45,380 nucleotides of DNA, taken from IMG/VR virus record IMGVR_UViG_3300037834_000026, positions 1 through 45,380 of that record, one strand, 5' to 3'. The translations under genes were made by a program, and so were the position numbers. The notes below the pieces were generated by a model. The model did no database searches, had not been told where the DNA came from, and saw only the letters and a program-made list of their open reading frames with translations. Shown in pieces: positions 18,097 to 25,770 of this stretch (within the stretch, counting starts at the first letter, position 1; every line of letters starts with the position of its first letter). This stretch comes from a virus. Taxonomy: Duplodnaviria > Caudoviricetes.

Positions 18097-19353
18097 CTAC
18101 GCGGTGTAGACGGTGCCGGCGCTGGCGTTCTGGACGACGAACTGGACCGCGCGCGCGTCGCTCGCGTCGTAGAACGCCTCGCACTCCACCGTCACGGCAT
18201 AGAGTTCGTCGGTGCCGGTCGGCATCTCGTGCGTCGTGATGCGCAGGTCGGACAGGTTGATCTTCACCTGATACTTGGCGGCGTTGGTGTCGGTGGCCGA
18301 GATGCGCACGCCGTTGTTGATCGTGAGGATGGCGGCCCGGCGGGTAATGTTCATGAAGGCGTCGCGGTCCTTCACGTCGGTGAAGTAGCGCGTGTACTTG
18401 AGCGTGCACGAGTACGCCAGCGGGGACAGCACGTTGGGGCCGAAGTGGCCGGCGGCCTGGGCCGTGCCGTACATCTCCTTGGCGTTGTTGCTGAACTCGA
18501 AGTCCCAGTTCTCGATGTTCTCGTACGAGGCGCTGGCGGCCGCCGACAGGTCGGCTCCGAACTGGATTTGCGCGTGGCCGAAGCTGAACAGCTGCGCCGG
18601 GACGGAATACGAGGGGGTCTGCGGGACCAGCTCCACCTTGGCGCCGTTGGCGACCGTGTAGCTGTTGCCCAGCGTGCCGATGGTGATGGACGGGTCGGCG
18701 GCGGTGATCGCGGCGATGGCGTCGGTCTCGTTCTGCGGCGTCGTGTCGTAGATGTTCACCGTGTCGGTGCTGGCCACCAGCCCTTCCACCGACGTCAGGT
18801 ACAGCTTCACGGTCGATCCGGCGTTGGCGTTCGCCGTGAGCAGGCTTTCGCGGAACTGCCCCATCGCCTTCACCTTGACGTCCATCTCGATGATGTTGTC
18901 CTTGCCCGAGATGGTGAAGCCGTCCACGATGCAGCCGAAGGAGCGCTCCACGAGTCGGTTCTGGCCGTTGTTGCTGGTGTCGGTCAGCGGCCCCTTGGCC
19001 TGCTCCAGGGTGAACGACGGGATGGTGGTGGCCGGGGTGATCGTGTGCTGGTAGACGCTGGCGTCGGTCCCGCTGCTGATGTCCGACGTGGAGAGGGTTC
19101 CCAGCGCGTCGGCGATCCACTGCACGCACTCGTTGGCGTCCAGGTCGAGCGTGTAGCCGCCCTCGATGGTCTGCTTTCCCTTCACGACGTTGAGCGCCTT
19201 GGCGCGGTTGTTCTGGATGGGGTTGTTGACGATCACGTCCTGCTTGACGATCATGTCGCCGCTCTTGAAGCGGAGGAAGTGGGTGGGCACGACGGCGACG
19301 CCCTGGGTGGACTCGCGCTTCTTGGCGAGGTATCCGATGCGGGTAATGGCCAT
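18097..19353 (-). CDS. Major tail tube protein
   Basis: 418 aa; RESTQGVAVVPT.FL, YQHTITP..IPSFTLEQ; position. Confidence 0.85.
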   Translation of the reverse strand: MAITRIGYLAKKRESTQGVAVVPTHFLRFKSGDMIVKQDVIVNNPIQNNRAKALNVVKGKQTIEGGYTLDLDANECVQWIADALGTLSTSDISSGTDASVYQHTITPATTIPSFTLEQAKGPLTDTSNNGQNRLVERSFGCIVDGFTISGKDNIIEMDVKVKAMGQFRESLLTANANAGSTVKLYLTSVEGLVASTDTVNIYDTTPQNETDAIAAITAADPSITIGTLGNSYTVANGAKVELVPQTPSYSVPAQLFSFGHAQIQFGADLSAAASASYENIENWDFEFSNNAKEMYGTAQAAGHFGPNVLSPLAYSCTLKYTRYFTDVKDRDAFMNITRRAAILTINNGVRISATDTNAAKYQVKINLSDLRITTHEMPTGTDELYAVTVECEAFYDASDARAVQFVVQNASAGTVYTA

Positions 19354-19389
19354 GGGTTAGAGGAATGTGGATAGAAAGAGTCGCTGGTG

Positions 19390-19584
19390 TCATTCGGCCT
19401 CAACGGCCTTGAAACGTTCCTTCCTGGCGGCGGGTGCCGGCGCGGCCGTCACCTCGGCCATCGCCTTGGACATGAGGAGTTCGGCGGCCTCGGCCTCCGT
19501 GACGTCGCGCTCCTCTCCGGGGGCGAACGGGGCGAAGTTGCTGAACGTCTGGGGGTCGCCGCTGATGTTCTTGACTTTCTTCAT
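19390..19584 (-). CDS. Small virion-associated protein
   Basis: FAPGEERDVTEAEAAELL. Confidence 0.7.
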   Translation of the reverse strand: MKKVKNISGDPQTFSNFAPFAPGEERDVTEAEAAELLMSKAMAEVTAAPAPAARKERFKAVEAE

Positions 19585-19603
19585 TGAATGGTTTGGGAAG
19601 TGA

Positions 19604-20125
19604 TTAAGAGCGGTCGCCGATGACCGTGGCTTCCATGGTCACGATGATCTCGAAGGTGGGGAATCCGCGTGCGGAGTTGAAGACGTAGTTCACGCGGGTG
19701 ACGCGAGCGTCCTGGGCAGCCACCGTGGGATCGCCGCCCTCCGGCGTGTACGGCAGCGTCGGGTTGCTCTGGATGACGCCGCAGACGGACAGCACGGACG
19801 TGCCGGACTGCGACACCAGGAGCTCCACCTTGTCGATGGCGTCGGCCACCGAAAACACCTTGTACGGGTTGCTGGCGCTGCGGCCAACGAAGGTCTTCAC
19901 GTTGTACACGAGCCGGATTTCCACCGTGTGACGCTTCTGGTCGTACTGGGTGCCGCGCCGGGCGTACTCCGTGGACACGGGGTGGACGACGAGGGCGGGC
20001 TGGTCGCTCTCGCCGATCATGACCGGGTCGCCCCACCATATGGACTTCACCGTGTTGAGCGGTGAGCTGCCGTTTGCCTTTGCTGCCGTGAGAAGCTGGA
20101 CGACAGCTTCTATCACATTGTTCAT
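19604..20125 (-). CDS. Putative tail terminator/completion protein
   Basis: Position and size; PALVVHP motif. Confidence 0.65.
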   Translation of the reverse strand: MNNVIEAVVQLLTAAKANGSSPLNTVKSIWWGDPVMIGESDQPALVVHPVSTEYARRGTQYDQKRHTVEIRLVYNVKTFVGRSASNPYKVFSVADAIDKVELLVSQSGTSVLSVCGVIQSNPTLPYTPEGGDPTVAAQDARVTRVNYVFNSARGFPTFEIIVTMEATVIGDRS

Positions 20126-20206
20126 GCCCCGGAAGGAAGAAAGGAAAGCAAGAAGGGGGACGAGCCGATATGTTGGCGGGATTGTACCACGCTTCCGCGC
20201 GGCGTC

Positions 20207-20695
20207 CTACAACTGCCTTCCAAACACGCCCTGCGTCTGCATGATGAATGCCTGGAGGAGCCGCACGATCTCGGCGGCCGTAGGGTTGTCGATGTCGATG
20301 ATGACGCGGCGCGGCGGTCGTCCGCCGTTGCCCTCCTGGTGCCACGCCGCCTTGGGGTCCGTGAACTGGAGTTGTCCGAAGCTGTCGTTCACGTTCTTCA
20401 CCCGGGCTTCCTGCATCGCGCCCGTCCAGCGCAGCACCGACGGGTTATTCGGGGTGTTCTTGTAGTAGCCCCATCCCCTTTCGCGGGCCTTGAGCGTGGA
20501 CGGTGCCAGCGGCGCCCACGTGTTGGCCTTCTCGACGCTTCTGCCCTGGTCGGCGAAAATCTGGTTGGTCCGGGCCTCGATGAGCCCGATGGCATCGCGG
20601 AAGAACGGCGCAAGATGCTGAATGCGGTCGGCGGTCAGACGCAGGTTGCGGCTCACCTGGACGTGGCCGTTGACGGAGAACGTGACCTGCGGCAC
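20207..20695 (-). CDS. Virion morphogenesis protein (Mu gpG-like)
   Basis: WAPLAPST, LRWTGAM, AAWHQEG, PPRRVI; GTG start 6 nt after TATACT. Confidence 0.8.
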   Translation of the reverse strand: MPQVTFSVNGHVQVSRNLRLTADRIQHLAPFFRDAIGLIEARTNQIFADQGRSVEKANTWAPLAPSTLKARERGWGYYKNTPNNPSVLRWTGAMQEARVKNVNDSFGQLQFTDPKAAWHQEGNGGRPPRRVIIDIDNPTAAEIVRLLQAFIMQTQGVFGRQL

Positions 20696-20709
20696 GCGGC
20701 CAGTATACG

Positions 20710-21198
20710 CTAGAACGTGTCGTCCACGGAGAACTTGCGGTCGGACGGCTCGGCGCCCGCGACGGTCGGCGCGTCCTGGTCGTAGGCGGGCATGTTCAGC
20801 ACCGGCCCGTCCACGCTGGGGTTGCTGGCCTGCTGGGCGTAGATCGCGCCGTTGCTGTCCAGCAGGAGCATGTCCCCGTCGGCGATCATGCACAGCAGGT
20901 CCATCGCCATCTTGATCTTCTCCTTGCCGCTCTTCTCCCCCACGTTCTCGGCGCCGTACTCCTTGGCCAGCAAGTAGCCGGCGGCCAGCAGTTCCTCGCA
21001 GCGCTGGAGCGTGGCCTCGGCCTGGGAGCCCGAGAAGTTCGCGGTGAACGTGGACGGCGCGTACCGGAAAAAGACCTTGCCGTTCACGATGTTCGTGGCC
21101 TGGTCGAGATACGCCTGGATGTACGCGTCGGTGACGTTGGCGTTCCCGTCGAAGCCGGCCTCGGTGCGGACGCGCGCTACGGTGGAGTAGTTGGCCAT
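20710..21198 (-). CDS. Head-tail adaptor (Mu gp36/gpJ-like)
   Basis: YST...V, LDQATNIVNG...RY, AMDLL.MIADG.M.L. Confidence 0.75.
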   Translation of the reverse strand: MANYSTVARVRTEAGFDGNANVTDAYIQAYLDQATNIVNGKVFFRYAPSTFTANFSGSQAEATLQRCEELLAAGYLLAKEYGAENVGEKSGKEKIKMAMDLLCMIADGDMLLLDSNGAIYAQQASNPSVDGPVLNMPAYDQDAPTVAGAEPSDRKFSVDDTF

Positions 21199-21200
21199 GC

Positions 21201-21668
21201 CTACTTCTTGGCGGTATCAGTGACCTTCAAGCCGGAAGGCAGCCAGGCGGGTCCGGCCTTGTCATCGAGGGAGGCGGTACCAGATTTGCCAGGCGTGCCT
21301 GCGGTGCCGCTCTGGGTGGTCTCGGCGGCGGACGCTGGGGTGCCGGCCGTGCCCGTCTGCGTTCCCTCCTTCTCGGCCGCGTTGGGCTTCAAATCGGGCT
21401 TCTCCTGCGGCTTCGGCAGCGGCTGGCCGTGTACGTCCAGGCCCAGCTTGGCAAGCTCCCGTTCGCAGAACTCGATGCCGCAGGCCTCGCACCACGCGCG
21501 CGAGCCGTGCGGCGCCTTCACGAGATACGCGTCGTCCTCCAGCTGCTTGATGACCTCGGGCTTGTCCTCCACCATCTGGAACGTCGGCGTGATCTTGTAC
21601 CCGGCGACGATGTACTGCCTGGACGGGTGGTCGGGGCGGACACAGACGACGATGCGCTGCTTTTCCAT
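21201..21668 (-). CDS. Hypothetical head-associated protein
   Basis: YIVAGYKIT...QLEDDAYL then low-complexity tail; follows capsid gene. Confidence 0.65.
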   Translation of the reverse strand: MEKQRIVVCVRPDHPSRQYIVAGYKITPTFQMVEDKPEVIKQLEDDAYLVKAPHGSRAWCEACGIEFCERELAKLGLDVHGQPLPKPQEKPDLKPNAAEKEGTQTGTAGTPASAAETTQSGTAGTPGKSGTASLDDKAGPAWLPSGLKVTDTAKK

Positions 21669-21731
21669 GGCTTGAGGGGAAGAGGCTATGCGGGGGAACG
21701 GTAGCACCGTCCCCCCATGATCTCAACTCGA

Positions 21732-22685
21732 TTAGGCGTCGCCCTGGCAGCGGTACGCGTACCGCCAGTTTCCGTAGCCCATGTTGTAGCGCTCGTCCAC
21801 GCCGTAGATGAGGCGGCGGCGCATGAAGTTCTCCTGGGAGTCGGGCTTGTCCAGCGACACGAATTCCGCGTCCTTCCGCTTCTGGAAGATGAACGGCTTG
21901 GTCGGCTGCCCGAGATCGAAGAAGAAGTACGGGCCGTACTGGATGTTGGCGGCGTCCGCCAGCGTCATGTACGGGTTGACGATGATCTTGAGGCGGCCCT
22001 TGAAGAGCACGGTCGCCACGGTCGATCCGGTGGCCTGGGCGATGACCGACGGGTCCAGCACGTAGCGGGCGTCGAACTCGTTGGCCGGGTGGACCATGAT
22101 GTGCGTGGTGCCCGCGCCGGCGATCTTGCCCTGGTCGTCCTTGAACAGGCGCATGGCCGTGATCACCTTGGCGATCACGGACGGAAGGTTGGCCTGCGTG
22201 ATGTTGTACGTGGACGAAGCGGCCGGGGCGTTGCTCTGCGTGCCCGAGTTGCCTTCGCTGTGCGTGGTGGAGAAGAACGGCTGTCCGTCGTAGCACAGGT
22301 TGGACGTGCCGGCCTCCAGCAGGGTCGTGAAGTACACGTCCTTGTAGCGGGCGGCCTCCTGGCCGAGCTGCATGACGCGCTGCTTGATCTGGCCGTACAG
22401 GTCGTCGTCCAGCGTGTTGCGGTCCACTTCGATGGAAGCCTCGAAGTGCTTGTTCTTGAGCTTGAAGTTGTGTTCCAGCATCCCCTTGGGAGCGCGCTCG
22501 TTGAGCCACTCGCGCATGGTGGGAGTTGAGCCGAGCCAGTCGTACGTCTCCTCGTTCTTGTTGGAGTCGATAGGCGTGCAGCACTCCTGCCAGATGCCGG
22601 CGACGTACTGCGTGTACCCCTGCATGAAGACCTCTTGGAGGCCCGCAGTCATCAGGTACGGTACGTCGGACTTGGTGATACCCAT
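21732..22685 (-). CDS. Major capsid protein (Mu gpT-like)
   Basis: ETYDWLGSTPTMREW, IEVDRNTLDDD.YG, CYDGQPFFSTTH, KPFIFQKR, YGVDERYNMGYG.W. Confidence 0.93.
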   Translation of the reverse strand: MGITKSDVPYLMTAGLQEVFMQGYTQYVAGIWQECCTPIDSNKNEETYDWLGSTPTMREWLNERAPKGMLEHNFKLKNKHFEASIEVDRNTLDDDLYGQIKQRVMQLGQEAARYKDVYFTTLLEAGTSNLCYDGQPFFSTTHSEGNSGTQSNAPAASSTYNITQANLPSVIAKVITAMRLFKDDQGKIAGAGTTHIMVHPANEFDARYVLDPSVIAQATGSTVATVLFKGRLKIIVNPYMTLADAANIQYGPYFFFDLGQPTKPFIFQKRKDAEFVSLDKPDSQENFMRRRLIYGVDERYNMGYGNWRYAYRCQGDA

Positions 22686-22734
22686 TATCTGAAAGGTGGA
22701 AGTGAAGTAGAAAGGCGTTCGTCGTGCGGCGCGG

Positions 22735-23601
22735 CTAGAGCACGCGCAGGTAGACGTCGAACTTGCCGGCGGTGAGCGCGGCGGTGCCGACAACGGCGGT
22801 CAGCGTGCGGCTGGCGGTCGTCTTCACGGCGGTGGCGGCGGTGCCGACCGGGACGATGTTCTTGAGCCCGGTGGTGCTCCACGGGGCGCCCGAGATCGCG
22901 GCGGCGGCCACGATGTCGTCGGCGGCGTTGAGCTGCACGGCGACGGTAGCGGAACCGCCCGACGTCGGCGCGGTGATGACGTCGAGCATGCCGTCCGAGA
23001 CGATCACGCCCGAAGGCACCGTCAAGGGGAGGCTGATCGAGCCGACGGCCCCGCCGTGGACGGCGAAGTCGTAGGTGGCGCGCAGAATCTTGTCGCTGGG
23101 CAGACCGCCGGGGGCGACGGTGTTGCCGACGGCGGAGTCGATGCGGACGTAAGCGCTTCCGGCGCTGACGAACTCATCGAGCACGCCGATCTTGCAGCCG
23201 AGGTACGCGAAGGCCGGCGTGATCGTGGTCGTGCCGTCCTTGCCGTTGTTGTCCTGGAAGACCGACATGCCGGTCTTGGCTGCGGTCAGGGTGTCCGTGC
23301 AGGGCAGCAGGAACGAGCCCGACTTCATGACGTTGACGTTCAGGGAGCCGTTCGTGCCGTAGCCGGTCGGGTTGCCGACCGCCGTGTTGTCCACCGTCTC
23401 GGTGGCGATGCCTTCGAAGCGGTCGCCGAACGCCAGGGTGTTGACCACGCCGTCCGGGGTGAACGCGTAGCCCGCGTTCGCTCCCGACTGCTTGGTGTAC
23501 ACCGCAGCGCCCTTGAGAATCTTCGTCGCGGTCATCACCGGCAGGGTGCCGAGGATGCCGTCTTTCCGCGCCGTTTCGAGGGCGGAAGTGAGGATGGCCA
23601 T
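22735..23601 (-). CDS. Capsid cement/decoration protein with extra C-terminal domain
   Basis: KILKGAAV...FEGIATETVDN...VNV.KSGSF; position before capsid gene. Confidence 0.7.
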   Translation of the reverse strand: MAILTSALETARKDGILGTLPVMTATKILKGAAVYTKQSGANAGYAFTPDGVVNTLAFGDRFEGIATETVDNTAVGNPTGYGTNGSLNVNVMKSGSFLLPCTDTLTAAKTGMSVFQDNNGKDGTTTITPAFAYLGCKIGVLDEFVSAGSAYVRIDSAVGNTVAPGGLPSDKILRATYDFAVHGGAVGSISLPLTVPSGVIVSDGMLDVITAPTSGGSATVAVQLNAADDIVAAAAISGAPWSTTGLKNIVPVGTAATAVKTTASRTLTAVVGTAALTAGKFDVYLRVL

Positions 23602-23645
23602 TTGCTAATGGTGAAAGGAAATAGAAAGGGTCTCGTCGCGCGCCG

Positions 23646-24431
23646 CTACTTCTTGAGGCTCGCGTAGTAGCGCTTGGTGGCCGCAGTGGCGGCCTTGTCG
23701 TCCATGTGCATCTTCTCGCGGTAGAACTGGTAGTGCTCGTTGCTCTCGCGGGTGGCCTCGTTGAAGACGCCGGTTTCCACGTCATCGCCGCTGCCCTTCT
23801 TTTTCAAGTCGGGCGCGCGCTTGAGGTTCTTGATAATGTCCATGAACTGCTTCGCCATCGGCTCGGAGAGCTGACAGGCGAACTTGGCGATGGGCTTCAC
23901 GTCCTTGGGTAGCAAGACACCGGCGGCGTTCTTGTCGCTGAACTGGAGCTTGCGCAGGGCGCGCTTGGTCTCGCTGAACCGCAGCGACTGCTTGGCCTTG
24001 GCGGCCTCGCGCTCGGAGGCGGTCAGCGCCTTCTTCACCTTCTCCATGTCGTCGGCGGAGAAGACGAAGTTACCGTCCTTGTCCTGCTTGACTTCGTTAA
24101 AGACTTCGGACATGGCGGCCGGCTTCTCTTCGTCGTCGGCCGGCTCCTCTTCCTCGTCTTCCTCGTCGTCATCGCCTTCGGCGGCGGCGACGGGCTTGTC
24201 GCCTTCGGTGCCGCCGGGATTGTCGGCGGGCTTGTCGTCTTTGGGCTTGTCGCCTTCCGGCGCTTCGCCCTCGTCGGACTTGGCCTTCATCTCCTCCACG
24301 GCGGCGTCCAGCTTGGCGTTGTGGTCCGCCTCCGGCAGCTCCGCGTAGGCCTGTTCCAGCTCCTGGACGTCGTTCTTGGAGAGGGTCTTCTGCTCCGCAA
24401 ACTTTTCCATGAGCTTCAAAAACTTACCCAT
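23646..24431 (-). CDS. Nested in-frame scaffold protein (Mu gpZ-like)
   Basis: Internal ATG preceded by TTTATTTTTTTCCGATTCTCAACAC, the phage's leader style. Confidence 0.65.
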   Translation of the reverse strand: MGKFLKLMEKFAEQKTLSKNDVQELEQAYAELPEADHNAKLDAAVEEMKAKSDEGEAPEGDKPKDDKPADNPGGTEGDKPVAAAEGDDDEEDEEEEPADDEEKPAAMSEVFNEVKQDKDGNFVFSADDMEKVKKALTASEREAAKAKQSLRFSETKRALRKLQFSDKNAAGVLLPKDVKPIAKFACQLSEPMAKQFMDIIKNLKRAPDLKKKGSGDDVETGVFNEATRESNEHYQFYREKMHMDDKAATAATKRYYASLKK

Positions 24432-25268
24432 GTGTTGAGAATCGGAAAAAAATAAAGCCTGGTTCGATGGCTCGCCGGGGGCCGGTCCCTCCGACATCTG
24501 CAAGGGCTGCATGCCCTTGAAGAATGGCCGGTTGGTTAGTCCGCCTCCGATGAGGACATTGCGATGTTCGGTGCCGGTCTCCGCGTCCGTATACCGGAAC
24601 GCGATCTCCGGGCTGAAATACCTGTACTCCCCGTTGTTCACCTTGTCGGCGCCGAGCTTGGTCAGCGACATCCTGGCGAACAGGCGGTCCCTGTCGCCGT
24701 CCTTGAAGAACAGTTCGGTGTACCACGCCAGCGCCTTGTGGTCCTCCTCGTGGTTCTCGTCCACGGCCAGGTCGATGCCGCGCACCTTGTCGTCGAAATT
24801 CTTCTTCACCTCCTTGAGCGTCTGGCGCGTCACCTCCACGTCGCCGTACTCCGGGTGCTCCCACTTGCCCACCCGCATGATCTGGATTTCGATGGTGTCG
24901 CCCGCCGCGTAGGTCTTGCCCTTCTCGCCGAACTCGGTGAAGAACCACGCGCCAGCCGGGCGGTCAGCGAGCGCGGTTGCCAACGCCTCCGGGGTTTCCG
25001 CACACGACACGCACTCGGGTACTCCGCCGCACCACTTGGCGCGGTCGGCGATCAGTCCGTCGATGACGGCCTCAAGATCGGCGTCCTTCATCCGCTCGAC
25101 TTCCGGCCACAACCGCTCGCGGATGAACTGCTCCCGAATCCTCCACAGAACGCTGTTGAAGTCCTCGGCGGTGAGTTTCTTGGCGTAGACCATCCCCAGC
25201 ACCTTCCTGGCAAGGTCTTCGGAAACGCCGACTGCTTCTGCGAACAGTGCGGGCGTGAAGTGCTTCAT
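23646..25268 (-). CDS. Prohead protease-scaffold (Mu gpI-like)
   Basis: LAVDENH, ALAWY, YRYFSPEI, GGGLTNRPF; acidic C-terminal half. Confidence 0.88.
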   Translation of the reverse strand: MKHFTPALFAEAVGVSEDLARKVLGMVYAKKLTAEDFNSVLWRIREQFIRERLWPEVERMKDADLEAVIDGLIADRAKWCGGVPECVSCAETPEALATALADRPAGAWFFTEFGEKGKTYAAGDTIEIQIMRVGKWEHPEYGDVEVTRQTLKEVKKNFDDKVRGIDLAVDENHEEDHKALAWYTELFFKDGDRDRLFARMSLTKLGADKVNNGEYRYFSPEIAFRYTDAETGTEHRNVLIGGGLTNRPFFKGMQPLQMSEGPAPGEPSNQALFFSDSQHMGKFLKLMEKFAEQKTLSKNDVQELEQAYAELPEADHNAKLDAAVEEMKAKSDEGEAPEGDKPKDDKPADNPGGTEGDKPVAAAEGDDDEEDEEEEPADDEEKPAAMSEVFNEVKQDKDGNFVFSADDMEKVKKALTASEREAAKAKQSLRFSETKRALRKLQFSDKNAAGVLLPKDVKPIAKFACQLSEPMAKQFMDIIKNLKRAPDLKKKGSGDDVETGVFNEATRESNEHYQFYREKMHMDDKAATAATKRYYASLKK

Positions 25269-25633
25269 AGCTTGGAGAGGAGAGAGTGGTCTACGAGGAA
25301 GGTCTGGTCGGGCGGCGCGTTTCTGATCTTTTCGAGCCGGAGTTCCATCGCCTGCTTGGCGTACTCGTAGGCCTCGATGGCCCGGTCGCGCGGCAGTGAT
25401 TGCTCGCCAGTATACACGGGTTGCCTCTCCGGCGCGACTTCCACCTTCGTCTGCGCCGCCGGCGGCTGGCCCGGTGCGGCGGTGATGATGTGCTTGAGCA
25501 GCAGCAGCTTCACGCTCTCCATCGAGCCGATGAGCGCCGTAGTCAGCACCGGGTCTCCCTGGAACTGCCAATCCACCTTGAACGTGTCGTCCGTGTAGAT
25601 CGTCACCTGCGCGCGGCGCTGTGGCTGGCTCAT
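25265..25633 (-). CDS. Hypothetical protein
   Basis: ATGA overlaps at both ends. Confidence 0.7.
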   Translation of the reverse strand: MSQPQRRAQVTIYTDDTFKVDWQFQGDPVLTTALIGSMESVKLLLLKHIITAAPGQPPAAQTKVEVAPERQPVYTGEQSLPRDRAIEAYEYAKQAMELRLEKIRNAPPDQTFLVDHSLLSKL

Positions 25634-25770
25634 CGGAACATGGCGAAAGCAGCCGCTACCGCGAAAGCGAGCACCAAAGGAATTCCGATCATGGCCATGA
25701 CTTTGGCTGGCTTGCCATCAGGCATTTCATCGCCGGACTCCTGCGGATGCTCATACTCGTAGTCGTTCAT
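25630..25770 (-). CDS. 46-aa TM peptide (not in ORF track)
   Basis: MNDYEYEHPQESGDEMPDGKPAKVMAMIGIPLVLAFAVAAAFAMFR; ATGA overlaps at both ends. Confidence 0.65.
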   Translation of the reverse strand: MNDYEYEHPQESGDEMPDGKPAKVMAMIGIPLVLAFAVAAAFAMFR

